Origin: Hormiphora californensis
Taxonomy: Eukaryota > Animalia > Ctenophora
Direction: 5' to 3'
DNA length: 64,000 nt
Assembly (NCBI GenBank): GCA_020137815.1
Contig: CM035356.1
Coordinates: 8,184,001-8,248,000, forward strand
Part shown: positions 36,095-50,339 of the stretch, in pieces
Numbering within the stretch: position 1 is the stretch's first letter
Layout of the letters: the number at the start of each line of letters is the position of its first letter
Program-made: the position numbers and the translations under genes
The notes under the pieces: generated by a model
Database searches by the model: none
Told to the model about the DNA's origin: nothing
What the model saw: only the letters and a program-made list of their open reading frames with translations

Positions 36095-38273
36095 CCCACG
36101 CTATAGACGCATTATAAACGCATTATAAACGCATTATAGACGCATTATAGACACACGCAATATAGACGCAATTTCGTAAGCAGCACTATAGACGCAATAT
36201 AGACGCATTATAACAGCAATATAAACGCATTTTTATAGACGCGACGCAGTATAGCCGCATTATAGGCGCACTACCCACCCCAAAATCACCTTATAGACGC
36301 ACTATAGACGCATTATAGACTGACTATAGCAGCACCATAAACGCTACATAGACCCATATAGACGCATGATAGACGCATTATAGACGCAAATTGCTTTTTA
36401 TAGACGCCGCGTCTATAAAAAACGTGCTTTTTAAAGAAGCACTTTAGACGTACTCCAGGCTACAGTGCGATATTTGAGGCGCAGTTGGGCGTTTTATAAA
36501 CGTATTTTTGTCGCATATAAAAGGAAGCAGTATAGACGCATTATAGACGCATTATAGCCGCATGTGTGCGAAATCGATAAAGACGCAATATAGACGCAAA
36601 ATAAAAAGGAGAGGGAGAGAGAGGGAGGGAGGGAGAGGGAAGGAGAGGGAAAGAGAGGGAAAGAGAGGGAGGGACTGAGGGAGGGGTACAGGGACAGAAA
36701 CAGACGGATAAAGACCTGAGACAGAAGGACAGAGTAAGATGGAAAGAGAGTAAGATGGAAAGATAGTGATATAGGGACGGAGTGAGACAGAAAAAGAGTG
36801 AGACAGAAAAAGACAGAGATGGAAACAAACGGACAGAGACAGACGGACGGACAAACACGCGCTTACTATCTCCCTCTCTGTCTCACTCTCTCTCTCCACT
36901 CTCCATCTTAATCTCTCTCCATCTTACTCTGTCCGTCTGTCTCAGATCTGTGTCCATCTGTCTCTGTCTGATCTGTCTCTGTATCCCTCCCTCTTTCCCT
37001 ATCCTTCCCTCGCCCTCCCTCCCTCTAGTCTCTCTCCCTCTCCTTCTTATTAAAGTAAGAGCTTGGCGCGCCGTGTTTTCTCACAAAACTTAGTGGATGA
37101 ACGGGGAGTACCACCAGGACCATTGGAAAGGTATCGAAAATTTCCAATTCTGTCGCGTTCATTAGTTATGACGTAATATGTTCATTATTTCAACTTTTAT
37201 AAAATTGCTCTACAGAAAAATCTGTGCATTGTGGATTGAAATGGATGCTTGCATCGTGTTCAGCGTCAAAAAATAGCCGGGGTACCAAATTTTGGTGTCT
37301 CTACCTTGTCTGTGACGCGAGATATCGACAAATATCGAAAACGCCCAAAGTGAGAGAAAGAGAGTTTGTTACAAGTGGGTGGCGTGCACAAACAACTAGC
37401 ACCCAAAGATAACAATCTCTCTCTCGCCCATTTTGGTCGTTTTTGATAATTGTCGATATCTCGCGTCCCAGACAAGGTAGAGACACCGAAATTTGGTACC
37501 CCGGCTATTTTTTGACGCTGAACACGATGCAAGCATCCATTTCAATCCACAATGTACAGATTTTTCTGTAGAGCAATTTTATGAAAGTTGAAATAATGAA
37601 CATATTACGTCATAACTAATGAACGAGACAGAATTGGAAATTTTCGATACCGTACCAATGGTCCTGGTGGTACTCCCCGTTTATCCACTAAGTTTTGTGA
37701 GAAAACACGGCGTGCCACTCTTACTTTAATTGCGTCTATATTGCGTCTTTATCGATTTCGCGCACATGCGTCTATAATGCGTCTATAATGCGTCTATACT
37801 GCTTCCTTTTATATGCGACAAAAATGCGTTTATAGTTCGCCCAACTGCGCCTCAAATATGGCAGCGTGCGTCTGAGTACGTCTATAGTGCTTCTTAAAAA
37901 AGCACGTTTTTTATAGACGCGGCGTCTATAAAAAGCGATTTGCGTCTATAATGCTTTTATCATGCGTCTATATGGGTCTATGTAGCGTTTATGGTGCTGC
38001 TATAGTCAGTCTATAATGCGTCTATAGTGCGTCTATAAGGTGATTTTGGGGTGGGTAGTGCGCCTATAATACGGCTATACTGCGTCGCGTCTATAAAAAT
38101 GCGTTTATATTGCTGTTATAATGCGTCTATATTGCGTCTATAGTGCTGTTTACGAAATTGCGTCTATATTGCGTGTGTCTATAATGCGTCTATAATGCGT
38201 TTATGATGCGTTTATAATGCGTCTATAGTACGTGGGTACTGCGTCTATAGTGCGATGCCCGCAAATGCAAAAT
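36095..38273. mobile_element. Second, inverted and end-damaged copy of the Mutator/foldback element, carrying a nested Kolobok-like MITE
   Basis: TATAGACGCAT-rich arms; interior is the reverse complement of that in 39048-40577; right end lacks the final GCC. Confidence 0.78.
37054..37725. mobile_element. Kolobok-like palindromic MITE, TTAA TSD
   Basis: TTAA-AGTAAGAG...CTCTTACT-TTAA; ~300-bp inverted arms; the sister host copy has a single TTAA (empty site) at ~39596. Confidence 0.85.
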
Positions 38274-39047
38274 TTATTGTTATCTCTCCAAAATATGTAT
38301 GTATTATGAAGTTCCCATCCCGAGAATTATACACCGAGCATACACCTATTATTTCACAATCGAGTAGTTCTGTAACCTCGATCACGAACCAATCACTAAA
38401 ATTAAACTCGAAGAAAATTGAATCAAATGCAGCGCTTCTTCTGTCATTGCTCGTCTTCATTATGAGTGGCAGCAGCTCAATAATGAATTATAGTATATGT
38501 CATAGGAATTAGGAGATGGATAATGTAGGAGACCTTGGTATGTGGCCCTTTTATTCGCTGTTCCTAAGTGACCTCTTAGTGCACTTTAGTGTCCAATTAC
38601 ACCAAAAGTTGCAGTACTATGCTAATGCATATAATATCATGTCACATTTCAATTGTGCCTCTTTGTACTTTTTCATCAGTATTATTTTTTGTTCAAACCC
38701 TTTTTATTAATAAAAGGCTTTGAGAGAGGGTCGTGCAACGCAAAGTATTACACACACACACACCGACTCCAACGTCTCTCAGTCTGATGCTGTCTCTCCA
38801 ACCTAGTTTATTAGCACATACGTCATATGGCCCACACTAAACAGGAGTCTTCACATGAGGTTTAATCGTCATCTTAATGAGAGGAAAGTAGTCTCCATAT
38901 ATATTACCACAGTAGTCATATTAAATATATGCTTTGACTGTTGGGCACCTGTAAATGCGGTTACCATAGCAATTACAGTGATAATTCTCGATTTAGCGGG
39001 CTTGATATGCTTTCACGGAATCAACTTTAACCTTAGATAGTTAGACG

Positions 39048-40577
39048 GGCAATTCTGCATTTGCGGGCATCGCACTATAGACGCAGTACCCACGTACTAT
39101 AGACGCATTATAAACGCATTATAAACGCATTATAGACGCATTATAGACACACGCAATATAGACGCAATTTCGTAAGCAGCACTATAGACGCAATATAGAC
39201 GCATTATAACAGCAATATAAACGCATTTTTATAGACGCGACGCAGTATAGCCGCATTATAGGCGCACTACCCACCCCAAAATCACCTTATAGACGCACTA
39301 TAGACGCATTATAGACTGACTATAGCAGCACCATAAACGCTACATAGACCCATATAGACGCATGATAGAAGCATTATAGACGCAAATCGCTTTTTATAGA
39401 CGCCGCGTCTATAAAAAACGTGCTTTTTTAAGAAGCACTATAGACGTACTCAGACACACGCTGCCATATTTGAGGCGCAGTTGGGCGAACTATAAACGCA
39501 TTTTTGTCGCATATAAAAGGAAGCAGTATAGACGCAGTATAGACGCATTATAGACGCATGTGCGCGAAATCGATAAAGACGCAATATAGACGCAATTAAT
39601 AAGAAGGAGAGGGAGAGAGACTAGAGGGAGGGAGGGAGGGAGGGAGAGGGAAGGAGAGGGAAAGAGGGAGGGATACAGAGACAGATCAGACAGAGACAGA
39701 TGGACACAGATCTGAGACAGACGGACAGAGATTAAGATGGAGAGTGGAGAGAGAGAGTGAGACAGAGAGGGAGATAGTAAGCGCGTGTTTGTCCGTCCGT
39801 CTGTCTCTGTCCGTTTGTTTCCATCTCTGTCTTTTTCTGTCTCACTCTTTTTATGTCTCACTCCGTCCCTATATCACTATCTTTCCATCTTACTCTCTTT
39901 CCATCTTACTCTGTCCTTCTGTCTCAGGTCTTTATCCGTCTGTTTCTGTCCCTGTACCCCTCCCTCAGTCCCTCCCTCTCCTTCCCTCTCCCTCCCTCCC
40001 TCGCCTCTCTCTCCCTCTCCTTTTTATTTTGCGTCTATATTGCGTCTTTATCGATTTCGCACACATGCGGCTATAATGCGTCTATAATGCGTCTATACTG
40101 CTTCCTTTTATATGCGACAAAATTGCGTTTATAAAACGCCCAACTGCGCCTCAAATATCGCACTGTAGCCTGGAGTACGTCTAAAGTGCTTCTTTAAAAA
40201 GCCCGTTTTTTATAGACGCGGCGTCTATAAAAAGCGATTTGCGTCTATAATGCTTCTATCATGCGTCTATATGGGTCTATGTAGCGTTTATGGTGCTGCT
40301 ATAGTCAGTCTATAATGCGTCTATAGTGCGTCTATAAGGTGATTTTGGGGTGGGTAGTGCGCCTATAATGCGGCTATACTGCGTCGCGTCTATAAAAATG
40401 CGTTTATATTGCTGTTATAATGCGTCTATATTGCGTCTATAGTGCTGCTTACGAAATTGCGTCTATATTGCGTGTGTCTATAATGCGTCTATAATGCGTT
40501 TATAATGCGTTTATAATGCGTCTATAGTACGTGGGTAATGCGTCTATAGTGCGATGCCCGCAAATGCAAAATTGCCA
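39048..40577. mobile_element. Mutator/foldback-like element with ~550-bp repeat-rich TIRs, 9-bp TSD AGTTAGACG
   Basis: AGTTAGACG-GGCAATTCTGCATTTGCGGG...CCCGCAAATGCAAAATTGCC-AGTTAGACG; empty site visible at ~35698-35706. Confidence 0.88.
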
Positions 40578-40869
40578 GTTAGACGTGATACACTCAACAG
40601 TAAACCTATCTTGGTCGTATCAACCTATCTTAGAGGTATTTTGATCAATGTCATTCGATCATCATCATCATCATCATCGATCAACGCACTGTTTAGGACC
40701 ACGCCCTTTGGCCTATATTCTCTCGGCCTGTGACGACAAAAAGAAGAGTTTTTGTATATTACTCTTCCCATCGGCCAACTCACTTCCCTATCTATCTCTC
40801 TTCTATCTATCTCTCTCTATGGCGATCTATAGATCTATATAGGGCTATCTGCGAAACTCGATTGCGTCG

Positions 40870-40902
<33 letters not shown>

Positions 40903-40905
40903 CTC

Positions 40906-41032
<127 letters not shown>

Positions 41033-41732
41033 TACTTAAACAGTTGGTGCATCTCTGCTAATGATCGGATCTTGTAATAGCTGCACAAGTTCAATACTAA
41101 GGATCCTTGTACCAAGCTTCGAAAACAACATGATGATGTCTAAATCGATTTCCCCACGCCATTCGTTGGAGCTTCTTTTTACGTTTTCCCGACCCCAAAC
41201 TAAATGATATTTGTATTGGTCGACCAATACAAATATCATGAGAATTTTATATCTCTCTCTGTAAAATGCAGCTAGTTTTAGAACTCAAAGCACGATGTCA
41301 TTCTGGCGGTTTTCTGTAAAACACATGTACGTGATGCGGTTTACAATATATAAGATGTTTTCGAGGAAAACTCGACCATCTTAGGTAGCATTATGTAGGT
41401 TGTGGATCATTTATCTTCTGGCTGAAATTGCAGCCCTAGTTTTAAAATGTGCTAAAAGGGGCTCTTTTTTAAAGCTAGTACTACAACCCTTATAACACTC
41501 CCCCATGATACCACGTAGGGTTCAAGGTGGCAGTTTCGAGAGATGTCACATTTCCCTAGTTTGCACGTTGTTTGGTGTGGCGCCAATTCATCCTCTGGAA
41601 ACACCTGTGCATCCCCTCTCCCTTTAGGTCTATACTCTCCAGTACCATCTGGTATATCATATGTCTTTTTAATCCTGAGTAGTCATAAATTTAATTCAGT
41701 ATTATATTAAAGTCGGCATCTTTGTTGCCTTA

Positions 41733-42868
41733 GGGGGGGGGGGGGGTGACACTTTGTAACACTTTGTAACATGTGCAGAAAACTTTTCGTGCACGTTACA
41801 TGTTACAAAGTGTTACAAAGTGTTACACAGTGTTACAAAGTGTTACACAGTGTTACAAAGTGTTACATAGTGTTACAAAGTGTTACAAAGTGTTACATAG
41901 TGTTACAAAGTGTTACATAGTGTTACAAAGTGTTACATAGTGTTACAAAGTGTTACAAAGTGTTACAAAGTGTTGCATAGTGTTACAAAGTGTCACAAAG
42001 TGTTACATAGTGTCACAAAGTGTTACAAAGTGTTACAAATTGTTACAAATTGTTACAAAATATTTACAAAAACACAAGGATTTGTAGCGAAGCAAATTTT
42101 CAATCTTTGACCAAAAAATTGATTTTGGAAAAATTTTATTTCTTTTTCCAACAGAAACGTTGTATATCATCTTATTAAGTACAAAGAATCGATTACCAAT
42201 GTAAAAAAAGTCGATTGGGTCACAATGCAACTCACAGGTGACTCAGCACATTGGGGGTCTCTGAGAGGCTCAATACTTTTAATATCACTCTAAAAACTTT
42301 ACCGTTGTCTAAAGTTCATATTTTTCTTTACCAAATGCACTATTTCAGCCCTGATTTCCACAGTCGATGCCATCAGAGGCTCAAAACATCCGCAAATTAG
42401 TAAAAAAGTGTATTTTTTAACCCTAGAAATGATTTAAAACTTTTAGATGTGTTCTAGAAAGACACCAAAGTCGTTCAAATTACTTATTCACCAACCGTCT
42501 TATATATTTTGTAAATATTTTGTAGCAATTTGTAACACTTTGTAACAATTTGTGACACTTTGTGACACTTTGTAACACTATGTAACACTTTGTAACACTA
42601 TGTAACACTTTGTAACACTATGTAACACTTTGTAACACTATGTAACACTTTGTAACACTATGTAACACTTTGTAACACTATGTAACACTTTGTAACACTA
42701 TGTAACACTTTGTAACACTATGTAACACTTTGTAACACTATGTAACACTTTGTAACACTATGTAACACTTTGTAACACTATGTAACACTTTGTAACATGT
42801 GCAGAAAACCTTTTGTGCACGTTACATGTTACAAAGTGTTACAAAGTGTTACGTGTCACCCCCCCCCC
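41733..42868. mobile_element. Foldback element with poly-G/poly-C ends and inverted (TGTTACAAAG)n 10-bp arrays, 7-bp TSD TGCCTTA
   Basis: TGCCTTA-GGGG..GTGACAC ... GTGTCACCCC..C-TGCCTTA; arrays at ~41800-42060 and 42520-42797. Confidence 0.8.
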
Positions 42869-43522
42869 TGCCTTAATACCTCCCGACTGTGTCGTTTTGC
42901 CGATCCCCTTTTATCTTCCAATTTTGAAATCGTTTTGAATCACATCCTTATCACATCCTTATGTGATCCTTATTGTAGCCATGGGACGACACTATAATAT
43001 TGGAACACTAGGCCTAGTGGATAGTGTCTCATTATAGTATGATCCTGACTAGCTAAGGGCGTGGCCGGTTACAGTTTATAATCGTACTGTTAACGTACTT
43101 CAGGGGCGTTGCTAATGACTATACTATAGCTTTCTTTCTTCTAAATGCCTCGAAGCTTTAACAACAACTATCAAGTGTCTTAAGTTTCTCAATAGACTGC
43201 CGTTAGATGCTTTTTAATGGATCTAATCGAGATCAGAGTCTAAGAGGTGTTTCGTAAGAAAGGAATGGGATTGGTCCACTGATCTGAGAATGATCAGAGA
43301 CCATGTAATAGCGTTGTAGCTTGTTGAGTAAGTTGTAGTTGAACAGTAATGCTACTGTTTACTAATCCAGTAAAATGTATTGCTGAATACTAGATGTGGG
43401 AGCTACTTGGTGGAATATAATGATGATGTGTGTTAGCAGTGGAGAGTTATCCCAACATATCATTATTTGTTACATCATCGGCCCCTTCTCTTATTATTCC
43501 TATAGCAAGTTGTGATTGATTG

Positions 43523-46500
43523 TGTGGGTGACATCCTGGTCACAGCACCATTTGTGGGTGACATCCTGGTCACAGCACCATTTGTGAGTGTCTGTGTCCC
43601 TGTCTCTGGCCTATCCGTAACCTTGACCTTCTCCCGTGGTCCCAGGCTCACACAGCACACTACACAATAAATTCCGTGTCACTGCACCTCATGTGTGTTA
43701 TACCCAACACCACATATCAACTCAAGTCCAGGCTGTATCGGCTGTATCGTATAGTCTATATCCACCAAGTCCTAACCGGCATTCCCATAGTGGCAGAACA
43801 AAGTTCTAAACAAGTTGACTGTTTTGTGGGTAAAGATAAAAGAAGGTAAAAGAACAGATCAACTTCCTCACGTCACACTATCACTTGCACAACCAGATAT
43901 TCAGTACAAGGGGGAAGATACCGGGAGAGCGAGCTACGACCATGCTCGGCTCTAACAATCACAGTTATCTCACAGCTTAAATACTCGACCACAATGGCTT
44001 CGCATTCAGACTCCGAGGTACTGCAAGCCCGATAACCACCAACTTGCACCAAACATGCTGACATCTCACACCTCGCTATCACTATCACAATCATACAAAT
44101 GCAACTCACAATCTCATGCACTAAATAATAACCAAACGGACAAACATACTCATACGGCAGCAATCACACAGTTCACACATTCACTCACACTGCAATCACA
44201 CATGACACACTAGGACATACACAGGTCCTACACCCGCCCCTTCCTCAGAGGAAAGCGGTGCTATCACATACTCACACTCACTGTGCATCACACTGAAGAT
44301 CACTCATCACATCACACTGCATCACACTCAAGCTCACATCACTATCACACTGCAACACACTCAAGTTCACATCACTATCACACTGCAACACACTCAAGCT
44401 CACATCACTATCACACTGCATCACACTCAAGCTCACATCACACTCAAGCTCACATCACTATCACACTGCAACACACTCACACTGTTCGTTCAAGAATAAA
44501 AATCAAGTGTCTGTTTCTCTCGTTACTATTATAGTGTCTCTGACAGTCCACTTCCAGGATAAAACATCTACAGGATCACTCCAGGTCACGCCAGAATACT
44601 CCAGGTCATATCAAAACAGTCCAGGTCACCAGACCCAGCCAGGTCACGCCAGAAGACTCCAGGTTACACCAGAACAGTCCAGGTTACACCAGAACCAGCC
44701 GGGTCTCTCCAGAATACTCCAGGTTACACCAGAACAGTCCAGGTTACACCAGAACCAGCCAGGTCTCTCCAGAATACTCCAGGTTACACCAGAACAGTCC
44801 AGGTTACACCAGAACCAGCCGGGTCACAACAGAATACTCCAAAGCACACTAGAACAGTCCAGGTTACACCAGAACCAGCCAGGTCACGCCAGAAAACTCC
44901 AAAGTACACCAAAACAGTCACTGATACTCGGAAAGTAGAAACACCTAAAACAGACTTAAACCTCTCTCTTGAGAGAAACATTAAAAAGCTTAAAATAAAT
45001 CAAAATAAACGTGCTGCTAAAATCAAATATTAATGCTCAGAATCAGTTCCTCACACATGAGAATCAAATGACAATCAGACTAAATCATAATGACTGGAAC
45101 TTATCTAGAAACTACGTCAGGAATCAAACAGACTATGACTTCAGACTAAAGTGCTTTCAAAATGACTAATTAACAAGTGCTCTTGCTACAAAGGTGACAC
45201 TAAATATACTTTGCTTTTTAATAAGCTAATAAGATAACAGGTATTTAATCTACAGAAAAGTCGCCAATAAACACTTAACTGGGGAACTGAGAGAACTAAT
45301 CTTGTCAAATCAAAATCTTAATCATATAAAATCAACATACACGTGCTCATGATGCACTTGCTACAATCAAAATTCAGCTTCTTCATAATCAATAGTTAAA
45401 GGTAAACAAGCGTACAAAAATAAGTTCAACTAACCGTCAGACTAAAGCCAAGAATACTTTAAAATACGACTAAAAGAAAGAATCTAAACAAAGACATCAA
45501 AACTAAATCTAAATGTAGAAGTAAAGCTTTTCTAATTCTAACAAAACTACAATAAAAGCAACCAAATCGTTTTTTACAACGGCTGATATCGAAAGCCCAT
45601 AATTTCCAATCCTGTGCATCAAGCACATCCCGCCCCTCTGACAGCGGTAGTAAGGGTCTGCACGTATCCAACACGTGTTTAGCGGTTCCTTTCCCTTTCC
45701 AATTCCAGTGTTACCTGAATTTCACCATACCGTGAGTGTAAAATATGTTACCGGTATTTCCTCCTGTACAAATGCCTGCAGGGTAAAATCTCACACCAGG
45801 GTCAGTTGACTCTCCTGGTACATCTCCCACAATTCCTTCTTACAAGAGCTTCTCTGAGCTGTGCTCTGCTGTGCCAGTTCTCACGTTATTATCTTCTATT
45901 ATCTTCTGCACTCTTACAATTACTAGTGCCATTTTCAAAGGGGGGAGCCAAACATTTTAATTCGTAAAACTCAGTTGGGCGGTTAAATTGTCACAGAACC
46001 CAGGAACAGCCTGCGTTTTGGTTCGACAGGAAAGACTGCTTTGATACGCAGGTCTCAGCGTTCCGACCCATCGAGTATCCATCTATTCCATAAGCTCCGC
46101 GTCACTCCCAACCAAACCGGTACTTGCAACTGGGACAGTGGGACCATTAATATAATTCTCAGAATTCAGACAATCTTCATCCAAGTCATGGGTCCACCCA
46201 TTAAGTCGGCCGAACATGAAAGTGGTCATAACTGGAATCCAATTCCGATTCTCTCAGTCTGAGGCAATCGCTCTTCTCAGGGGCGTCTTACTACCGCACC
46301 CTACAAGCATCAACCAGTACTTGCAACTGACTTTCAAAGTCACGTTATTTTTATTAAGAAAACATATCCGTTTAGCATCCATAGCTTTATCCATTATCAT
46401 TTCAATATCTGTCCCAGTCTGAGGCATTCACTCCTCTCAGGAGCGTCTTACACTGCACTCTACAAGCACGGCCCTTGCGCAAGGATCTTCATTATTACAA

Positions 46501-48675
46501 ATCGTTCATTTCATTATCCATTTCATTTTCGTGGCTATTTCCTTTCCCCTTCATTTTCACTATCGTTCTCGTAACCCATGGCTCTTTTTATCAGCCCAGT
46601 TTTCACAGTATCGCACACAGCCTCTCCAACATCGTAGGAATGGAGTTTTCTCACTCGGAAGCCTTCTGCAGTCAATTTCTCACTACAGGCATAATCTCAC
46701 TGCAGAGTGCAGGCATAATCCCACTGCAGGCATCTTGAACTGCAGGCATAATCTCACTGCAGGCATAATCTCACTGCAGGCATCTTGCCATCTTCCACTG
46801 CAGGCATAATCCCACTGCAGGCATCTTGAACTGCAGGCATAATCTCACTGCAGGCATCTTCCACTCTGTAGGCAAACACTCACTACAGGTATCTTCTCAC
46901 TGCAGGCATATTCCACTGCTGCAGGCATCTCCGTATCGGAGGGTTAAACATAGGACCGCTGTGTCCATAATAGAAACCATCGTCTCCTTGAAATACCGAA
47001 GGACCAAGATAAAACTAAATGCAAATCAAATACTAAACTAAACCTAATCTAAGAAAATTAATTACGCAAAGAAAAATCTAAATCTCCATTAGGGAAAGAA
47101 GCAAGTAACATACTAAATCAAAAGCACGTTACTGAGTAGTACTCCTACTACTAAGGGGGTATCCGGTACACATAACCATGATCTGATAGCATGTTATGTA
47201 CATGTCACGGTTTTACTGCTTCCTCAGGCCCATATCATCCAACGTTTGCATATCCAACGTGGGCATGTAAAAATATTATCCTCTTCTCAGCTTTCTGCAG
47301 ACAAACCTCGGTTTGTGGCTCAAGTATCGAAATCATACCAGAACTCCTGTCTGAGTCTCCTTCTGCTTACAAGTATCAACTTGTGGCTCAGGTATTGACA
47401 TCCTGTCAAGACTCCCAGTCCCATTGAGGATACCTGCGTCTACCCAGCAGTGTCAAAACGTTTTCCCATTCTGCTTACAAACAACTGTTTGTGGCTCAGG
47501 TTGTGGCGTACTGCTTTAATAAAATCTTCATCCATTCTGCATACAAACATAGGTTTGTGGCTCAGGCAGCAGATTCTTCACCAGACTGCAGTTGTTCCTC
47601 TTATCAACATCAATTCCTCAGTGACCTCAAACGTTTACTAGTATACAACGTGGGTAACAATAACTGTCACTATTACTATCCAATATTCCAATATCCAACT
47701 TCTCAACACCCTAACCGCGGTGGAGTATTTAAACCAGTTAATTTTCAACGCTTAGGCAATGCCTAGCAAAATATTCCAACATTCCATTCCAAATCGACAT
47801 GGTACGATTAACAGCCCGGGGCGATCTTATTCTGCCCTGCAAGTGTTCCTCCAATACACTGCAACAATCCATTGCCCAGCTCTCGGGTGCTTCTTGATGT
47901 TGTACTCCGTGACAGTACAAGATGGGTTAATGGCCCAGGTCCTCCTATCCTGGTCACAGCACCATTTGTGGGTGACATCCTGGTCACAGCACCATTTGTG
48001 GGTGACATCCTGGTCACAGCACCATTTGTGAGTGTCTGTGTCCCTGTCTCTGGCCTATCCGTAACCTTGACCTTCTCCCGTGGTCCCAGGCTCACACAGC
48101 ACACTACACAATAAATCCCGTGTCACTGCACCTCATGTGTGTTATACCCAACACCACATATCAACTCAAGTCCAGGCTGTATCGGCTGTATCGTATAGTC
48201 ATATCCTCCAAGTCCTAACCGGTATTCCCATAGTGGCAGAACAAAGTTCTAAACAAGTTGACTGTTTTGTGGGTAAAGATAAAAGAAGGTAAAAGAACAG
48301 ATCAACTTCCTCACGTCACACTATCACTTGCACAACCAGATATTCAGTACAAGGGGGTAGATACCGGGAGAGCAAGCTACGACCATGCTCGGCTCTGACA
48401 ATCACAGTTATCTCACAGCTTAAATACTCGACCACAATGGCTTCGCATTCAGACTCCGAGGTACTGCAAGCCCGATAACCACCAACTTGCACCAAACATG
48501 CTGACATCTCACACCTCGCTATCACAATCACAATCATACAAATGCAACTCACAATCTCATGCACTAAATAATAAACAAACGGACAAACATACTCGTACGG
48601 CAACAATCACACAGTTCACACATTCACTCACACTGCAATCACACATGACACACTAGGACATACACAGGTCCTACA
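43523..48675 (-). mobile_element. Non-autonomous LTR retrotransposon (LTRs 43523-44232 and 47967-48675), no recognisable pol
   Basis: ~710-bp near-identical TG...CA LTRs, 4-bp TSD ATTG, PPT GAGGAAGGGGCGGG next to 44232, PBS TGGTGCTGTGACCAGGAT (47947-47964, tRNA-His-like); interior has tandem repeats (44280-44480, 44570-44910, 46680-46925). Confidence 0.92.
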
Positions 48676-49073
48676 ATTGCAAGTCCCATGTGCCATACTC
48701 AGCTGTTATAAACTAGTGATCTTCATATAAGTATGTGAGTGCCAGACCGCTGCGGTGTCTCGTACTTGAGCTCCTTCCCCCTTTTGTTTTACTTTTGGAG
48801 GGCGTCTCTAAGTGATGGTGTGATGCAAAGAGCTTCCCGCACGGGATACTTGTTTCTACTTCTACGTCATAGTATCTGAAGATAACAATGCTTTTTTTGT
48901 TATTATGAATGATAAAAGAAATAATAGAATCAATAAAGACAAGATCTAGAACACAGATATGAGTCTTTTGTTTCAGCTTCATATTTAATTGGGCCGTAGC
49001 CAATATATCACACATCTATCTACATGACAAGGTGCAGAGTCTGGCACCACGGAGACAAAGGTCCCCTTGCTAA

Positions 49074-49298
49074 AGTACTCCCCAAACTACTATGTCCCTC
49101 ACTCGGGTTTTGTGAAATTTCCCACGGTCATAATTCCACTCCCTGATGAGATAAAGACTTGAAATTTGTTTTGTAGGAAGAACTCGACATGATCTCCTCA
49201 CAAAACAAATTTCAAGTCTCTATCTCATCAGGGGGTGGAGCTATGGCCGTCTAAAATCCGGTCGCGCGCAGCAAGGGACATAATAGTTTGGGAGGACC
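49074..49298. mobile_element. Short imperfect palindromic MITE (Kolobok-like ends)
   Basis: AGTACTCCCCAAACTA...TAGTTTGGGAGGACCT with internal inverted segments. Confidence 0.55.
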
Positions 49299-50339
49299 TT
49301 TAGGAGGGACAACTGCAGCAGGCACATCATAAGCGTGTTCCTTTGTGTCGTGATCTTGGTGTGGAGAATGTAGAGTTCTATAATACCCACGTGATGTGGT
49401 TATATTGTCAGGGGACACTGAAAATCAATATCCGACTCTGGTTTCAAAGGATTGATGGCGGAAATAACAAGGCGATGTAATTGACTCTTTTGTGGCTTTT
49501 GTGGCTTTTGATATGTTGCAAATCTATCTTCCGTCTATGTTTGTTCCCCTTACATTTGCCTTTATCAAGTGATGTACTAGTATAAGTAGCCTATATGTGC
49601 CCCATCCCCTACCTCTTGTCTATCTCCGGATGCCCCTGCTATAACACGATCTCTCGGTTGTACAGAGAGGTGCAAAACAACCTCATTAACCTACCATCTG
49701 CACTAATGCCCATTTAATGGTCTTGTTGGATGCTAGATAGGCGCATGGAGCCACATTCCTTATTATCTCTCTTTAGTAATAGTAACAATCTTCTTTTGGC
49801 TTTGCTCTCTTTAGTAAAACTAACGATCTCACTTTTTGGGGAGATACACGTCGACTGTCGAGGGAGCAGGATTTAAACGATAGGTATTATAATGAACGTT
49901 AAATTGCTGCTGAGCGATGAGTTGGGTTATAGCTTTAGTCTCAAGACTTTAGATAAAGTTGACAGAGGGAGAGTGTGAGAGATAGAAAGAGAGAACTAAA
50001 CTTGGAACTGGGAGTTGTTGTCGGACGTTCGGGGAACTTTTAATTGGACACCCAACTGTCATCCCTTTTAGGGGTATATTGCGACGGGGTCGGACCCGAA
50101 CTTCAATAAAACTGCATTATAAAACTGTCCGACCTTGATTTGACACTGATTTGATATTTAAAAAGGTGCCTTACCTATCGTTCCCCCTGGTCTAGATAGT
50201 TTAGTGACGCGTTGTCTCGCACCCACGGGGGGGGGGGGGGGGGGGGTACGACTTGTGGTTTAAATAGCTTCCGGATCAGTGTCGAGATTATATACTTTGC
50301 TAAAATTCTATGCCCTACTTCTTCACTCTTTGTTATGTA

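Larger units (their letters stand above)
34930..39047 (+). repeat. ~775-bp direct duplication (34930-35705 and 38275-39047); the following ~170 bp is also duplicated (35706-35880 / 40587-40748)
   Basis: Near-identical sequence and identical ORF translations (35175/38516, 35514/38855). Confidence 0.92.

Noticed and set aside
49142-49170. CTGATGAG...GAAA possible hammerhead (also CTGATGAG at ~63032)
   Set aside because: Stem II does not pair and no stem III/NUH follows; part of a MITE arm.
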